DNA of 64,000 nucleotides, from the NCBI GenBank assembly GCA_008680965.1, contig NAKE01000001.1, positions 2,070,865 through 2,134,864 of the forward strand, written 5' to 3'. Positions within the stretch are counted from its first letter, which is position 1; every line of letters starts with the position of its first letter. Both the position numbers and the translations under genes were made by a program. This stretch comes from Collinsella aerofaciens (GTDB lineage Bacteria; Actinomycetota; Coriobacteriia; Coriobacteriales; Coriobacteriaceae). The notes beneath the pieces are model-generated. The model made no database searches. It was not told the origin of the DNA and was given only the letters and a program-made list of their open reading frames with translations. Of this stretch, positions 30,162-40,426 are shown one piece after another.

Positions 30162-33100
30162 ATGCTTGATCGCCGTTCGTTACTTGTTGCCGGAGCGTCC
30201 TCGCTAGCGAGCATCATGTTGCCTCGCGTGCCGGGAAGCAAAAATGCCTTCCTGCTGCCGTTCGCGCCCACCGAAGCCTATGCCGACGAAAAAGACCCCT
30301 TCAGGGTGCTCGTTCTCTCGCGCACCATGTTTGGTGTGGTCGTGGTCGACGTCGCCAACAAGAATATGCCCGTCAAGGGAGCGCAGGTCACGCTCGCGTC
30401 GCGTTATGCCGCGGGCAAGCAGCTCTCCGCCACGACCGACGATGAGGGCACGGCCATCTTTGAGGTCGCGCCGCTTTCGGAAGGCTACGTGGACGAGGCG
30501 ACGCTTCTCGACGCGTACGACTTTAACGGCGGCATCTCCATTAGCATGGCGGGCTACCGTGATGTCGAGATTCCCCTTGCGCGTATCCAGGGCGGCACCG
30601 CCATAACCGCGCCCACGCGTCCGCTTTCCGACGACGAGCCGTACTTCCGCCAGCTCACATTCGACGAATGGGACATCCAATACGCCGAAGCCACGTTCAT
30701 GGCATTGCCGAAGAACGACACGACAAACGAGCAGCCCGATACGCACGCCTTTACCGTGCAGGCACATCTGCCGCAGGGTGGGCAGGCAACGCTGCGCATT
30801 AACAAAGTGACGCCTGCCGCAGGCAGCTCACCCGAAACCGTCATGCAGATCGGCCAGATCAAGGCCAGTGCATCGGGTGCGAATAATCTGGCAACGTTCA
30901 CACTCGAAGATAAGTTCCTCGATGCGGCATCGGGCCTTCTGGAAGAAGGGTGCAAGCTACGCTTTGCCCTCGACTATCAGGGCAAAACCTACACGCTTTC
31001 ATCCCCTATGGCCGTTGTCACCGCGCCGGCCGCAAAGGCGGAATCGGGCTCGACCACCATCATTCCCACCACCATGGACCAAGAGATCACTCCGTTTGAT
31101 TTCCCCGCGGCGTTTCCCGGCATCGGCGGCAATAAGTTCACGTGCTGGATACCCACATTTCCGATCCTCTTCGATTTCTCGTTTGCCGGATATGTGCTGT
31201 TTGGCGGAGGATACAAACCAGCCAGCTATATGAACGATTCGGGCAATCCAGATCCAGAGTACTGGAAGAAATCACCGCGCGAGTCGGGTGCCAAGCAGGC
31301 AAACCGCTACCTCGACGAGATGGAGGGGAAGTGGAATCAGTACAAGAGCATGAGTGCCGGTTCGGGCACCGACCCAAGAAACACCAAGCTCCTTCGCCAC
31401 CATTGCACGCTGCTGTTCACGATGGATATCGCCACACAGCTGTACGGCTCGCTCGCCTACGATTGGGTGGGCAAAACCTGGGGTGACAACAACGACCCCG
31501 CATACGGCAATATTAAGGCCCTCTTCCAGGTAAGAACCGACCTCAACTGGACCGAACAGTTCACCTTGGGACCGGTGCCGTTTTTCCTAAACGTCAACCC
31601 CTGGGTGCTGGCAAAACTGGCGCTCGCCGTGGGCGCCCACACACACGGTAGCGGCGCAGCGTTTTTCAAAAACATATCGCTCGACTATTCCAACACCTCG
31701 GGCTCATTCACCATCCAGATCGGGCTTGCCGTCACTTTTGGCGCCGGCGTTGCAGGCGTCGCCTCGTCTGCCGTGCGCGGCGCCGCGTCCCTCACGTTGT
31801 TCATTGGGTACGAGAAGGCGGATGGACACCAGCTTCCGCGACTGCGCGTAGGTGCAGACGTCGATGTCGATGTGATACTCCAGTTCGTCATGTTCAAGTG
31901 GACCACCAAAGCTTGGTCGGGATCGTGGCCCACACTCCTCGATTCGTGGAATATGTCAGTGAACAACGGCGATCAGTATGTGCTCCAGCGCTCTGAGCTG
32001 GCCTTGGGTGGAGATACGCCTTATACGCTGGATGCCCGCTTCGGCTCAGCCGGCAACGCCGAGACAGGTGGTGTGCCGCAATTAATCGCATCGGCCATCA
32101 TCGTCACCAACGCCGAGCTGCTCGCACGCGCCGAGGTTAAGGCCACTGCCGTAAACGTCGCGCCTGTCGTGCGCGATTGGGATCAAGCGGTTACGCGCAT
32201 TGAGCTCGAGGCGGATGCAGAAAGCGACGACACGGGACGGATCGAGCATTTCGTCCATGCACTGATAGAGAACGACGAAAACGCCGCGCCAATGTATGAG
32301 TACACCTATATCGGGCAGGCGACGAACGCCGTTGCGGACCCCAACGCCAATTCTGCTGGTGTATCGGAGGACGAGCGTGGCGGCATAAAACCCTCGAGCG
32401 ACAACGTGCTGTTTTCCGGCGTGCTCAGCGAAGCCCACATGAAGCTGGCAATGATTGCCGGCGTAGAATGCCTGTTCCGTATCGCCTCGGTGTGCTACGG
32501 CGACAATGGCCGCTCGCGCCTGGTGGTGCACACAAGGGCAAACGGCACGTGGTCCACCCCCACGCCCGTGGACTTCCCCCTTGGGTTTGGCGAGGGCGAC
32601 GTGGAGCGCGACGGCATATACGATTACGACTTCGACGTGGTGGAATATACGGACGGGAGGGGAAACCAGGACGCCTACGTGCTGCTGGTCTCGGGCGAGC
32701 GCCCCGACGGCGACAACACCCTTTTCGATACGGCAAGCACAGCCGGCATACTGTCCGTCGTGCGCCTGCGCATAAGTAATGACGAGACCCGCGTGGTGTC
32801 GCATACGTCATGGCGCAGCATCTCGCGCGGCCGCCTGCAAGAGGATGGCTACCATTGCCTGCAGTGCCCACGTATCACGGCGGGCAAGACGCTGGTCGAC
32901 GGGCGCCTGTCGGGTGCCTACCTCCACCGCCGCGGAACCACCGCAGAAAAGGCGCTCGGCAGCGAGGCTGAGGTTGCGCTGGAGTGCTTTACCCTGTGGT
33001 CGGACGTTTCGGGCGACAGCCTGACGTTCCGCCAAGTTCTCCGCTTTCCGCAAGCACCGTCGAGTATCGAGCTGGGCGAGCCCGAAAATATCAACGGCAA

Positions 33101-34529
33101 AATGGTGGTGCCCGTTGCGTACGAGACCGCAGACGGCTGCGGCTGCGCATCGTACGCCGTGATCGGCCAGTCCATTGCGGGCTGGGGCGTTATGTCACCA
33201 GACGCCACGGTACCCCGTGCGGTGCCGTGGCCACAACATTCGGGCTTTTTGGCAACCGTCAACGAGCAACTGCAGCATGTTACTTGGACACGAGGCGCAT
33301 CGGCATTTGCAACGCAGCCCGTGGGTGCCGCAGGCTGTGGCCCGGCATCGTTTAGCGTGAGCAACAACGGCAGGTGCGTGCTCTATGTAGAGAACACCGA
33401 TGGCAAGGTGGGACAAACCTACGACGAAGAAGGCAACCCGGTAGCAGTGATGGGCAAGCACTTCCGCATCTTCGCCAGCACCTTGGCAGGCGATCTGTTC
33501 ACGGAGCCGTTCGTGATGTGCGAGCTGGACCATCCCGTCGATCAGATAACGACATTTTTGACGTCGGGAGGTATGATCTCCACGCTCGCCACGCACATTG
33601 TGAGCGCGGAGAAGAGCGAGGCAGAGCTACACGGCATCGAAGTGCCCTTGATGGCGTGTGCCACTCCGACGGGGGCGGTCGCTACCTCGGGCGCGGTGGT
33701 GCCCGGAGCAGCAGGCGAATCCTTCATGGTCACGGTGCGAAACGACGGCAACACCTTGCTGACCGCCGGCACGATCGATCTGTACCGAGAGGACTCCAGC
33801 CAGCCGTTCTCCAGCGCGTCCATCGGATTCGGAGTGAACGCACGTATGGCATCGATCTACGATCCAGAGCTTGCCGAGGACGCTTCGGCCAACGACATGG
33901 CACACGTGAAGTACGCGCCCGAGACGCTGGGCACACGTTTCGCAACGCACCCGCTGGTTGCCGACAACGGCAACGCCGTGCTGGCACCGGGTTGCACGGC
34001 ACAGTTCCGCATGAGCTTCGCCATCCCCGAGAGTTGGGGCGACGAAGTGGGCAAACGCGTCACGCTGTATGCGAAGGCGCGTGACCTGGTGGCACTCGAT
34101 CCCGTAACGCTCGAAGAAATTCGACCGGGTGCAAACTCGACGCTGGACGCCGTACTGCACGAGCTTCATGTACCCGACGCGGCATGCGAGCGCTCAGAAG
34201 TTCAGGTCGGCGTATGCGACAGCGCGGATACGACAGGACTTCACGACGCCCCGATGACAGCAGACGGCGATGGTGGCTCGAGCGGCGGCGGTACTGACGA
34301 GGGCGACGGCTCCGGAGGAAGCAGCTCCGGCAGTGGCAAGGACCACGGCAATAACAAGCGCTCCGGAAAAGCGGGCGCGCTTGCGGGCACGGGCGATGTC
34401 AACGCTCCCCTTACGGCAGCCGCTGCTGCACTCGCCGCGGCAGGCGCCGGCCTCGTCGCCTACAGCGTCCGCCGCACGGCGCTCGAAACCGACACAGCTA
34501 ATAAGGTCAATTCGGATAGGCCTCGCTAG
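30162..34529 (+). CDS. very large secreted cell-wall-anchored protein (Tat-like signal, C-terminal LAGTG sorting signal); function unknown
   Basis: GGGAG RBS then ATG 30162. N-terminus MLDRRSLLVAGASSLASIMLP. C-terminus has a Gly/Ser-rich spacer, LAGTGD, a hydrophobic helix and RR, which is the LAxTG class-E-sortase type signal of Actinomycetota. No catalytic motif recognised. Confidence 0.75.
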   Translation: MLDRRSLLVAGASSLASIMLPRVPGSKNAFLLPFAPTEAYADEKDPFRVLVLSRTMFGVVVVDVANKNMPVKGAQVTLASRYAAGKQLSATTDDEGTAIFEVAPLSEGYVDEATLLDAYDFNGGISISMAGYRDVEIPLARIQGGTAITAPTRPLSDDEPYFRQLTFDEWDIQYAEATFMALPKNDTTNEQPDTHAFTVQAHLPQGGQATLRINKVTPAAGSSPETVMQIGQIKASASGANNLATFTLEDKFLDAASGLLEEGCKLRFALDYQGKTYTLSSPMAVVTAPAAKAESGSTTIIPTTMDQEITPFDFPAAFPGIGGNKFTCWIPTFPILFDFSFAGYVLFGGGYKPASYMNDSGNPDPEYWKKSPRESGAKQANRYLDEMEGKWNQYKSMSAGSGTDPRNTKLLRHHCTLLFTMDIATQLYGSLAYDWVGKTWGDNNDPAYGNIKALFQVRTDLNWTEQFTLGPVPFFLNVNPWVLAKLALAVGAHTHGSGAAFFKNISLDYSNTSGSFTIQIGLAVTFGAGVAGVASSAVRGAASLTLFIGYEKADGHQLPRLRVGADVDVDVILQFVMFKWTTKAWSGSWPTLLDSWNMSVNNGDQYVLQRSELALGGDTPYTLDARFGSAGNAETGGVPQLIASAIIVTNAELLARAEVKATAVNVAPVVRDWDQAVTRIELEADAESDDTGRIEHFVHALIENDENAAPMYEYTYIGQATNAVADPNANSAGVSEDERGGIKPSSDNVLFSGVLSEAHMKLAMIAGVECLFRIASVCYGDNGRSRLVVHTRANGTWSTPTPVDFPLGFGEGDVERDGIYDYDFDVVEYTDGRGNQDAYVLLVSGERPDGDNTLFDTASTAGILSVVRLRISNDETRVVSHTSWRSISRGRLQEDGYHCLQCPRITAGKTLVDGRLSGAYLHRRGTTAEKALGSEAEVALECFTLWSDVSGDSLTFRQVLRFPQAPSSIELGEPENINGKMVVPVAYETADGCGCASYAVIGQSIAGWGVMSPDATVPRAVPWPQHSGFLATVNEQLQHVTWTRGASAFATQPVGAAGCGPASFSVSNNGRCVLYVENTDGKVGQTYDEEGNPVAVMGKHFRIFASTLAGDLFTEPFVMCELDHPVDQITTFLTSGGMISTLATHIVSAEKSEAELHGIEVPLMACATPTGAVATSGAVVPGAAGESFMVTVRNDGNTLLTAGTIDLYREDSSQPFSSASIGFGVNARMASIYDPELAEDASANDMAHVKYAPETLGTRFATHPLVADNGNAVLAPGCTAQFRMSFAIPESWGDEVGKRVTLYAKARDLVALDPVTLEEIRPGANSTLDAVLHELHVPDAACERSEVQVGVCDSADTTGLHDAPMTADGDGGSSGGGTDEGDGSGGSSSGSGKDHGNNKRSGKAGALAGTGDVNAPLTAAAAALAAAGAGLVAYSVRRTALETDTANKVNSDRPR

Positions 34530-34574
34530 CTCCTACTTACTTTTGTGAGAGGCGCCGACTCGGCTAATCGAGCA

Positions 34575-35204
34575 TCAAAATGGGCTGGTTCTGGATACCC
34601 AGAGCCGGCCCATTGCGCAATAGATGTCGTCTGAGGAGTCGAGTTCTGCCTCGAGCTTGGCACGGCGTCTTTTCGCCGTGAAAAACGTTGCACACAGGAC
34701 AGCAAACGTGGCCGCGAAAATCGTCGCACCGCAGAACACGCCCGTGGCCAGGTTCGCCAACCAAAAGACGCTTTCGAGCGGTACGATCTGCGCCTCAGCG
34801 ACACAGCGCATTGCGGCAATAACAAGCGCGAACGCGGTGCCGCTAAGACCGCTGACAAGCAGGAAATATCCAACAGGAAGATGCTCGGTTTGCCCAAAAC
34901 GATTGGTATCGACATAGCCCTTCCGCGTTTGCAGTCCTGCGCAAATCAACATCACGAGAATGAGCCACAAATACATGGCTGCCTCGAACGGCGTTGCAAA
35001 GCCATGCGGCATTTCACTGGCGTCGCTGTGAACCCACGCAACCTGTCGAGCTATAAACTGGTAGAAAAAGATCATCAACATGCCAAACGAAAGCAGCACG
35101 AAACCAATCTTGTAGATCTTCGCGCTCTCAGCCTCCAGGCGCTCATCCTTTGGACCGGCATATTCACGCCACTTTTGCACGAGTTTTAAATCTTCAAATT
35201 TCAT
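34575..35204 (-). CDS. hypothetical 4-5 TM membrane protein co-transcribed with a small XRE regulator
   Basis: Hydrophobic profile. Starts 10 nt downstream of the XRE gene stop, an arrangement seen in YozG-type regulator/membrane-protein pairs. Confidence 0.6.
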   Translation of the reverse strand: MKFEDLKLVQKWREYAGPKDERLEAESAKIYKIGFVLLSFGMLMIFFYQFIARQVAWVHSDASEMPHGFATPFEAAMYLWLILVMLICAGLQTRKGYVDTNRFGQTEHLPVGYFLLVSGLSGTAFALVIAAMRCVAEAQIVPLESVFWLANLATGVFCGATIFAATFAVLCATFFTAKRRRAKLEAELDSSDDIYCAMGRLWVSRTSPF

Positions 35205-35213
35205 AGCGAACTC

Positions 35214-35444
35214 CTAAAGAGCGTCAGGGTCGACGTTGCTCTCGTCTTCCCAAAACAAGTCGTTCAACGTAACGCGTAGCGCTTTACAGATTGCCACGCA
35301 CAAATTGAGCGTGGGGTTGTAGCCGCCCGCCTCGATAAGGCCGATGGTTTGGCGCGTAACGCCCACGGCTTGGGCTAAGTCAGCTTGCGAAAGGCCAGCC
35401 GCCGCGCGTGCCGCCTTCATGCGTAGGTTCTTTTTGCCCGGCAT
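35214..35444 (-). CDS. XRE family (YozG-like) helix-turn-helix transcriptional regulator
   Basis: MPGKKNLRMKAARAAAGLSQADLAQAVGVTRQTIGLIEAGGYNPTLNLCVAICKAL. Start at ATG 35442-35444. Confidence 0.85.
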   Translation of the reverse strand: MPGKKNLRMKAARAAAGLSQADLAQAVGVTRQTIGLIEAGGYNPTLNLCVAICKALRVTLNDLFWEDESNVDPDAL

Positions 35445-35895
35445 GGAGTTCCTTTCGTAAATGTGGACAGATATCCGTTGCAACATGACAGAAATATATT
35501 GCATCCTTCACAAGATGTCAACTATATCTGTCATTATGGAAACCATGTTCGCCATCGCCATGTGGACATAACAATCTCGATTCGCTATTCAAACTTACTC
35601 GGACAGAACCGACTCGGTTTTGTCCGAGTAAACGTGATTGATAGTCGATCGCTGTGCCCGCTCGTGCAATCAGCATCATTCGATTTTGTTTAGTAAAACT
35701 AGGTCCCTATTAAATAAAATTCGTTTGTATCCAAATTTGTTTAACAATGCCGCGTTACCACTAAACACTATACCCGTTAATCCGAACGATTGTTCGATGG
35801 ATTTCGTGTTGGGTGGAATCGTCTGTGGGCTGGGCTATGCTACCTTGACTATCTATATGACTAAAACGCAGCAAGGGAGCACCGAGAGAGCGAGT

Positions 35896-37893
35896 ATGGC
35901 AAAAAACACCGCAAACTATGGTAACGACAGTATCCGCCAGCTCAAGGATGAGGAGCGCGTACGCCTGCGCCCCGCCGTCATCTTTGGCTCGGACGGACTC
36001 GATGGCTGCGCGCATGCTGCCTTCGAGATCCTGTCCAACGCCGTTGACGAGGCGCGCCAGGGCTACGGCAAGCTCATCACCCTTACCGCCTTTCGCGATG
36101 GCTCCATTCAGGTAGAGGACAACGGCCGCGGCTGCCCGCTCGACTGGAACCCTTCCGAGAAGCGCTTTAACTGGGAGCTCGTCTTCTGCGAGCTCTACGC
36201 CGGCGGCAAGTACAACAACAACCAGGGCGGCGACTACGACTTCTCGCTCGGCACCAACGGCCTGGGCTCCTGCGCGACCCAGTACGCTTCCGAGTACATG
36301 GACGTCACGGTTTGGCGTGACGGTAACAAGTACTCCTTACACTTTAAGAAGGGCAAGGTCGTCGGCGCCAAGAAGAAGGCGCTCGAGATTGAGCCCAGCG
36401 ACGAGAACCGCACCGGCACCACCATCAAGTGGCGCCCCGATCTTGAGGTCTTTACCTCGATCAGCATTCCCCACGATTGGTATCGCGAGACCATGCGCCG
36501 CCAGGCCGTGGTCAATGCCAACGTAACCTTCCGCCTGCGCATCGAAGGCGACGATGGCGAGTTCTCCGAAGAGGACTTTTGCTATCCCAAGGGCATTGAG
36601 GACTACGTGCTCGAGAAGGTGGGTGCCGACTACCTCACCGAACCCTTCTTTATCGAGGCCGACCGCCGCGGTCGCGACCGCGAGGACCTGCCCGACTACA
36701 ACGTAAAGATCACCGCGTGCATGTGCTTCTCGCGCACCTTCATGATGCAGGAGTATTACCACAACTCATCGTGGCTCGAGAACGGCGGCTCGCCCGAAAA
36801 GGCTGCCCGCAGCGCTCTGACCAGCGCCATCGATGCCTACATTAAGAACCAAGGCAAGTACAACAAAAATGAGAGCGGCATTAAGTGGCAAGACGTCCAG
36901 GACTGCCTGGTGCTGGTAACCAACTGCTTCTCCACCCAGACGTCCTACGAGAACCAGACCAAGAAGGCCATCAATAACCGCTTTATCCAGCAGGCCATGA
37001 CGGCCTTCTTTAAGGAACGCCTCTCGACCTACTTGATCGAGAACAAGGACGCCGCCAATAAGATCATGGAGCAGGTGCTCATCAACAAGCGTTCGCGCGA
37101 GAACGCCGAGAAGACGCGCCAGAGCATCAAGACCAACCTGCAGCAGAAGACCGACATGGCCAACCGCGTGCAGAAATTCATCGACTGCCGCTCCAAGGAC
37201 AAGAGCCGTCGCGAGATCTACATCGTAGAGGGCGACTCGGCAGCAGGCGCCATCCGCACGTCGCGCGATGCCGAGTTCCAGGGCGTTATGCCCGTCCGAG
37301 GCAAGATCCTCAACTGCCTTAAGGAGGACTACCCGCGCATCTTTAAGTCCGACATCATCATGGACCTCATGCGCGTGCTGGGCTGCGGCGTGGAGATCAA
37401 GGACAAGCGCATCAAGAACCTTGGCGCTTTTGACCTGGACAACCTCAACTGGAACAAGGTCATCATCTGTACGGACGCCGACGTCGACGGTTACCACATT
37501 CGCACGCTCGTGCTCACCATGCTCTATCGACTGGTGCCCACGCTTATCGACGAGGGCTACGTGTATATCGCCGAGTCTCCGCTCTACGAGATCAACTGCA
37601 AAGAGAAGACCTACTTTGCCTATACTGAGCTCGAGAAAAACGGCATCCTCAAAGAGATCGGCGACCAGAAGTGCTCGATCAACCGCTCCAAGGGTCTTGG
37701 TGAGAACGATCCGGACATGATGTGGCTCACCACCATGAACCCCGAGACGCGCCGCCTAATCAAGGTGGAACCCGAGGACGTCACCAAGATGGAAACCATG
37801 TTCAACCTGTTGCTGGGCAACGACGAGGCGGGCCGTAAGCGCCACATCTCCGAGCATGGCAAGGAATACCTGGACCAGCTGGACCTGCAATAG
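35896..37893 (+). CDS. parE: type IIA DNA topoisomerase subunit B (ParE/GyrB family; topo IV assignment by context and length)
   Basis: GHKL ATPase N-terminus (EILSNAVDEA, GLGSCATQ), Toprim (EIYIVEGDSAAG, DADVDGYHI) and tail GLGENDPDMMW. Start ATG 35896. Confidence 0.85.
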   Translation: MAKNTANYGNDSIRQLKDEERVRLRPAVIFGSDGLDGCAHAAFEILSNAVDEARQGYGKLITLTAFRDGSIQVEDNGRGCPLDWNPSEKRFNWELVFCELYAGGKYNNNQGGDYDFSLGTNGLGSCATQYASEYMDVTVWRDGNKYSLHFKKGKVVGAKKKALEIEPSDENRTGTTIKWRPDLEVFTSISIPHDWYRETMRRQAVVNANVTFRLRIEGDDGEFSEEDFCYPKGIEDYVLEKVGADYLTEPFFIEADRRGRDREDLPDYNVKITACMCFSRTFMMQEYYHNSSWLENGGSPEKAARSALTSAIDAYIKNQGKYNKNESGIKWQDVQDCLVLVTNCFSTQTSYENQTKKAINNRFIQQAMTAFFKERLSTYLIENKDAANKIMEQVLINKRSRENAEKTRQSIKTNLQQKTDMANRVQKFIDCRSKDKSRREIYIVEGDSAAGAIRTSRDAEFQGVMPVRGKILNCLKEDYPRIFKSDIIMDLMRVLGCGVEIKDKRIKNLGAFDLDNLNWNKVIICTDADVDGYHIRTLVLTMLYRLVPTLIDEGYVYIAESPLYEINCKEKTYFAYTELEKNGILKEIGDQKCSINRSKGLGENDPDMMWLTTMNPETRRLIKVEPEDVTKMETMFNLLLGNDEAGRKRHISEHGKEYLDQLDLQ

Positions 37894-37938
37894 CAGCAAA
37901 TCGATAGCGACGGCCCATAAGAAGTTCAAGAGGAAATC

Positions 37939-40179
37939 GTGGCAAAGAAGAAGACGAAGAACCAGCCAAAGAAAAAGCAGGTCAACGCCGAGAACGTCAT
38001 CGGCCTGCACTCCGAGGTCACCGACCAGCCGATTACGCAGACGCTCGAGGTCAACTACATGCCCTACGCTATGAGCGTCAACGTCTCGCGTGCATTCCCC
38101 GAGATCGACGGTTTTAAGCCCTCGCACCGCAAGCTGCTCTACACCATGTACAAGATGGGCCTGCTCAAGGGCGAGCGCCAGAAGAGCGCCAACATCGTGG
38201 GCCAGACCATGAAGCTCAACCCGCACGGCGATGCCGCGATCTACGAAACGATGGTGCGTCTGGCCACCGGCAACGAGGCGCTGCTTGCCCCCTTCGTGGA
38301 GTCGAAGGGCAACTTTGGCAAGTACTATTCGGGCGACCTGAGCTACGCCGCCTCGCGTTACACCGAGGCCAAGCTCTCCCCCATCAGTGCCGAGATCTTC
38401 AAGGACATCGACAAGGACCCGGTCGACTTCGTTGACAGCTACGACGGCGCCATGAAGGAGCCGCGCCTGCTGCCCACCACGTTCCCCAACATCCTCGTCT
38501 CGGCCAACAAGGGCATCGGCGTCGCTATGGCGTCCGACATCTGCGGTTTCAACCTCAACGAAGTCTGCACCGCCACGATGCACTACCTGCAGGATCCCGA
38601 CTGCGACCTGCTCGAGTACATGCCTATGCCCGACTTCTCGACCGGCGGCGAGATCATCTACCGCCGCGAGGAGATGGAGAAGATCATCGAGACCGGCCTT
38701 GGCAGCTTCCAGATCCGCTCCCGCTGGCGCTGGATTCCCGAAGAGCGCATCATCGAGGTCTACGAGATCCCCTACACCACCAAGACCGATGTCATCATCG
38801 AGCGCATCGTCAAGCTCTCCAAAGAAGGCAAGGTCAAAGAGATCGCAGACATTCGCGACGAGACCGACCTTTCGGGTCTGCGCATCGCTATCGACCTTAA
38901 GCGCGGCGTCGACCCCGACAAGCTCATGGCCAAGCTCTATCGCTCGACCACGCTGCAGGATTCGTTCTCGTGCAACTTCAACGTACTGGTCGACGGCTAT
39001 CCCCGCGTTATGGGTGTGCGCCAGATCTTGCACGAATGGGTCAAGTGGCGTATTGAGTCCACGCGCCGCCGCATTAACTTTGACCTGGGCAAAAAGTCCG
39101 AGCGCCTGCACCTGCTGCACGGCCTTGAGGCGATCTTGCTCGACATCGACAAGGCGATTGCCATCATCCGCGGCACCAAGCTCGAGGCCGAGGTCGTGCC
39201 CAACCTTATGAAGGGTTTCGACATCGACGAGACCCAGGCCGAGTTTGTTGCCGAGCTCAAGCTCCGCAACATCAACGAGGAGTACATCCTCAACCGCACC
39301 AAGGACATCGCCAAGCTCGAGGGTGAGATCGCCGAACTCGAGGAGATCCTCTCGAGCGAGGACAACATCAAGAAGGTCATCAGCGACGAGCTGGTCACGG
39401 TTAACAAGAAGTACGTGATGCCGCGCCGCACGGGCAGGATCGAGCCCCATGAGGTTATCGAGGTAAGCTTGGAGCCCGAGGTCGAGGAGTACCCGGTTAC
39501 CATCATGCTTTCGCGCGATGGCTACCTCAAGAAGATGACGGACCGCGTGCTCAAGAAGGCGACCACGCTCAAGTACAAGGACGGCGACAAGCCCTTTATC
39601 GAGTTCCCGTCCTCCAACACCCACGAGCTGCTGGTCTTTACCAACAAGAGCCAGGTGTACAAGTGCAAGGTCGCGGCGTTTGAGGATACAAAGTCGGCCC
39701 AGCTGGGCTCGTACCTTCCGACCGATCTTGAGATGGAACCCGACGAGAGCGTCATCTGGGTCATCGACCCCGAGGACTACAAGGCCGACGTGCTGTTCGT
39801 CTTTGAGAACGGCCGCGTGGTGCGTGTCGCGCTTTCTGGATACGTTACCAAGACCAACCGCAAGCGCCTCAAGAACGCCATCTATGGTGGCAGCAAGCTG
39901 CTGTATGCCCAGGTGCTCAAGGAAGATCGCGACATCGCGCTGGTCTCGAGCGACTATCGTTTGATGAACTTCAACACGTCGCTGCTTAAGACCAAGACGA
40001 CCACCAACACGCAGGGCGTCCAGGCCTTCACCGCCAAGAAAGGCCGCTCGGTCACCACGGTGGGCACGACCGAGGAGATTCTTGGCGCCGGCGTCTCCGC
40101 CGAAAAGTTCACCGCGCAGAGCCTCCCCTCCGCCGGTGCCCTCATGAAGGAAAATGACATGCCGAGTTTGTTTGACTAG
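37939..40179 (+). CDS. parC: type IIA DNA topoisomerase subunit A (ParC/GyrA family)
   Basis: GTG start. Motifs DGFKPSHRKLLY, PHGDAAIYETMVRL and catalytic-Tyr region AASRYTEAKL. The shorter C-terminal domain is consistent with ParC. The 828-aa minus ORF 37756..40242 is an antisense artefact. Confidence 0.85.
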   Translation: MAKKKTKNQPKKKQVNAENVIGLHSEVTDQPITQTLEVNYMPYAMSVNVSRAFPEIDGFKPSHRKLLYTMYKMGLLKGERQKSANIVGQTMKLNPHGDAAIYETMVRLATGNEALLAPFVESKGNFGKYYSGDLSYAASRYTEAKLSPISAEIFKDIDKDPVDFVDSYDGAMKEPRLLPTTFPNILVSANKGIGVAMASDICGFNLNEVCTATMHYLQDPDCDLLEYMPMPDFSTGGEIIYRREEMEKIIETGLGSFQIRSRWRWIPEERIIEVYEIPYTTKTDVIIERIVKLSKEGKVKEIADIRDETDLSGLRIAIDLKRGVDPDKLMAKLYRSTTLQDSFSCNFNVLVDGYPRVMGVRQILHEWVKWRIESTRRRINFDLGKKSERLHLLHGLEAILLDIDKAIAIIRGTKLEAEVVPNLMKGFDIDETQAEFVAELKLRNINEEYILNRTKDIAKLEGEIAELEEILSSEDNIKKVISDELVTVNKKYVMPRRTGRIEPHEVIEVSLEPEVEEYPVTIMLSRDGYLKKMTDRVLKKATTLKYKDGDKPFIEFPSSNTHELLVFTNKSQVYKCKVAAFEDTKSAQLGSYLPTDLEMEPDESVIWVIDPEDYKADVLFVFENGRVVRVALSGYVTKTNRKRLKNAIYGGSKLLYAQVLKEDRDIALVSSDYRLMNFNTSLLKTKTTTNTQGVQAFTAKKGRSVTTVGTTEEILGAGVSAEKFTAQSLPSAGALMKENDMPSLFD

Positions 40180-40216
40180 GTACCACGGCAACGAGATCGT
40201 TAGATACTTCGCAAAG

Positions 40217-40266
40217 CGACGAGGCCCGGAACGCAACGGCATTGCGCCCGGGACTCGTCGTTTTTC
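40217..40266 (+). terminator. rho-independent terminator after parC
   Basis: Stem CGACGAGGCCCGG ... CCCGGGACTCGTCG followed by TTTTT. Confidence 0.7.
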
Positions 40267-40361
40267 TTCTCAACTATTTTTTAACGCAGATAAATTGATT
40301 TCTGCTTATTTTTCTGCGTAAAAAATGTCAGCGTCACTACTTCGATGCCCTTTGGTCAGTC

Positions 40362-40419
40362 GTTAGCAAAACTTGCAAAAGTTAGCAAAACTTGCAAAAA
40401 TTAGCAAAACCTGCAAAGG
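40362..40419 (+). repeat. three tandem 19-20 nt repeats GTTAGCAAAACTTGCAAAA, equal to six GCAAAA tracts phased every 9-10 bp
   Basis: Units at 40362-40380, 40381-40400 and 40401-40419, ending 7 nt before the ATG of the next gene. Embedded in an AT-rich ~160-nt spacer. Confidence 0.9.
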
Positions 40420-40426
40420 AGCTACC

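Noticed and set aside
40362-40419. Tandem repeats considered as a possible CRISPR array or type III antitoxin RNA
   Set aside because: The units are contiguous with no spacers, number only three, and are A-tract phased. There are no cas genes and no ToxN-like gene downstream; the next gene is an ATPase.
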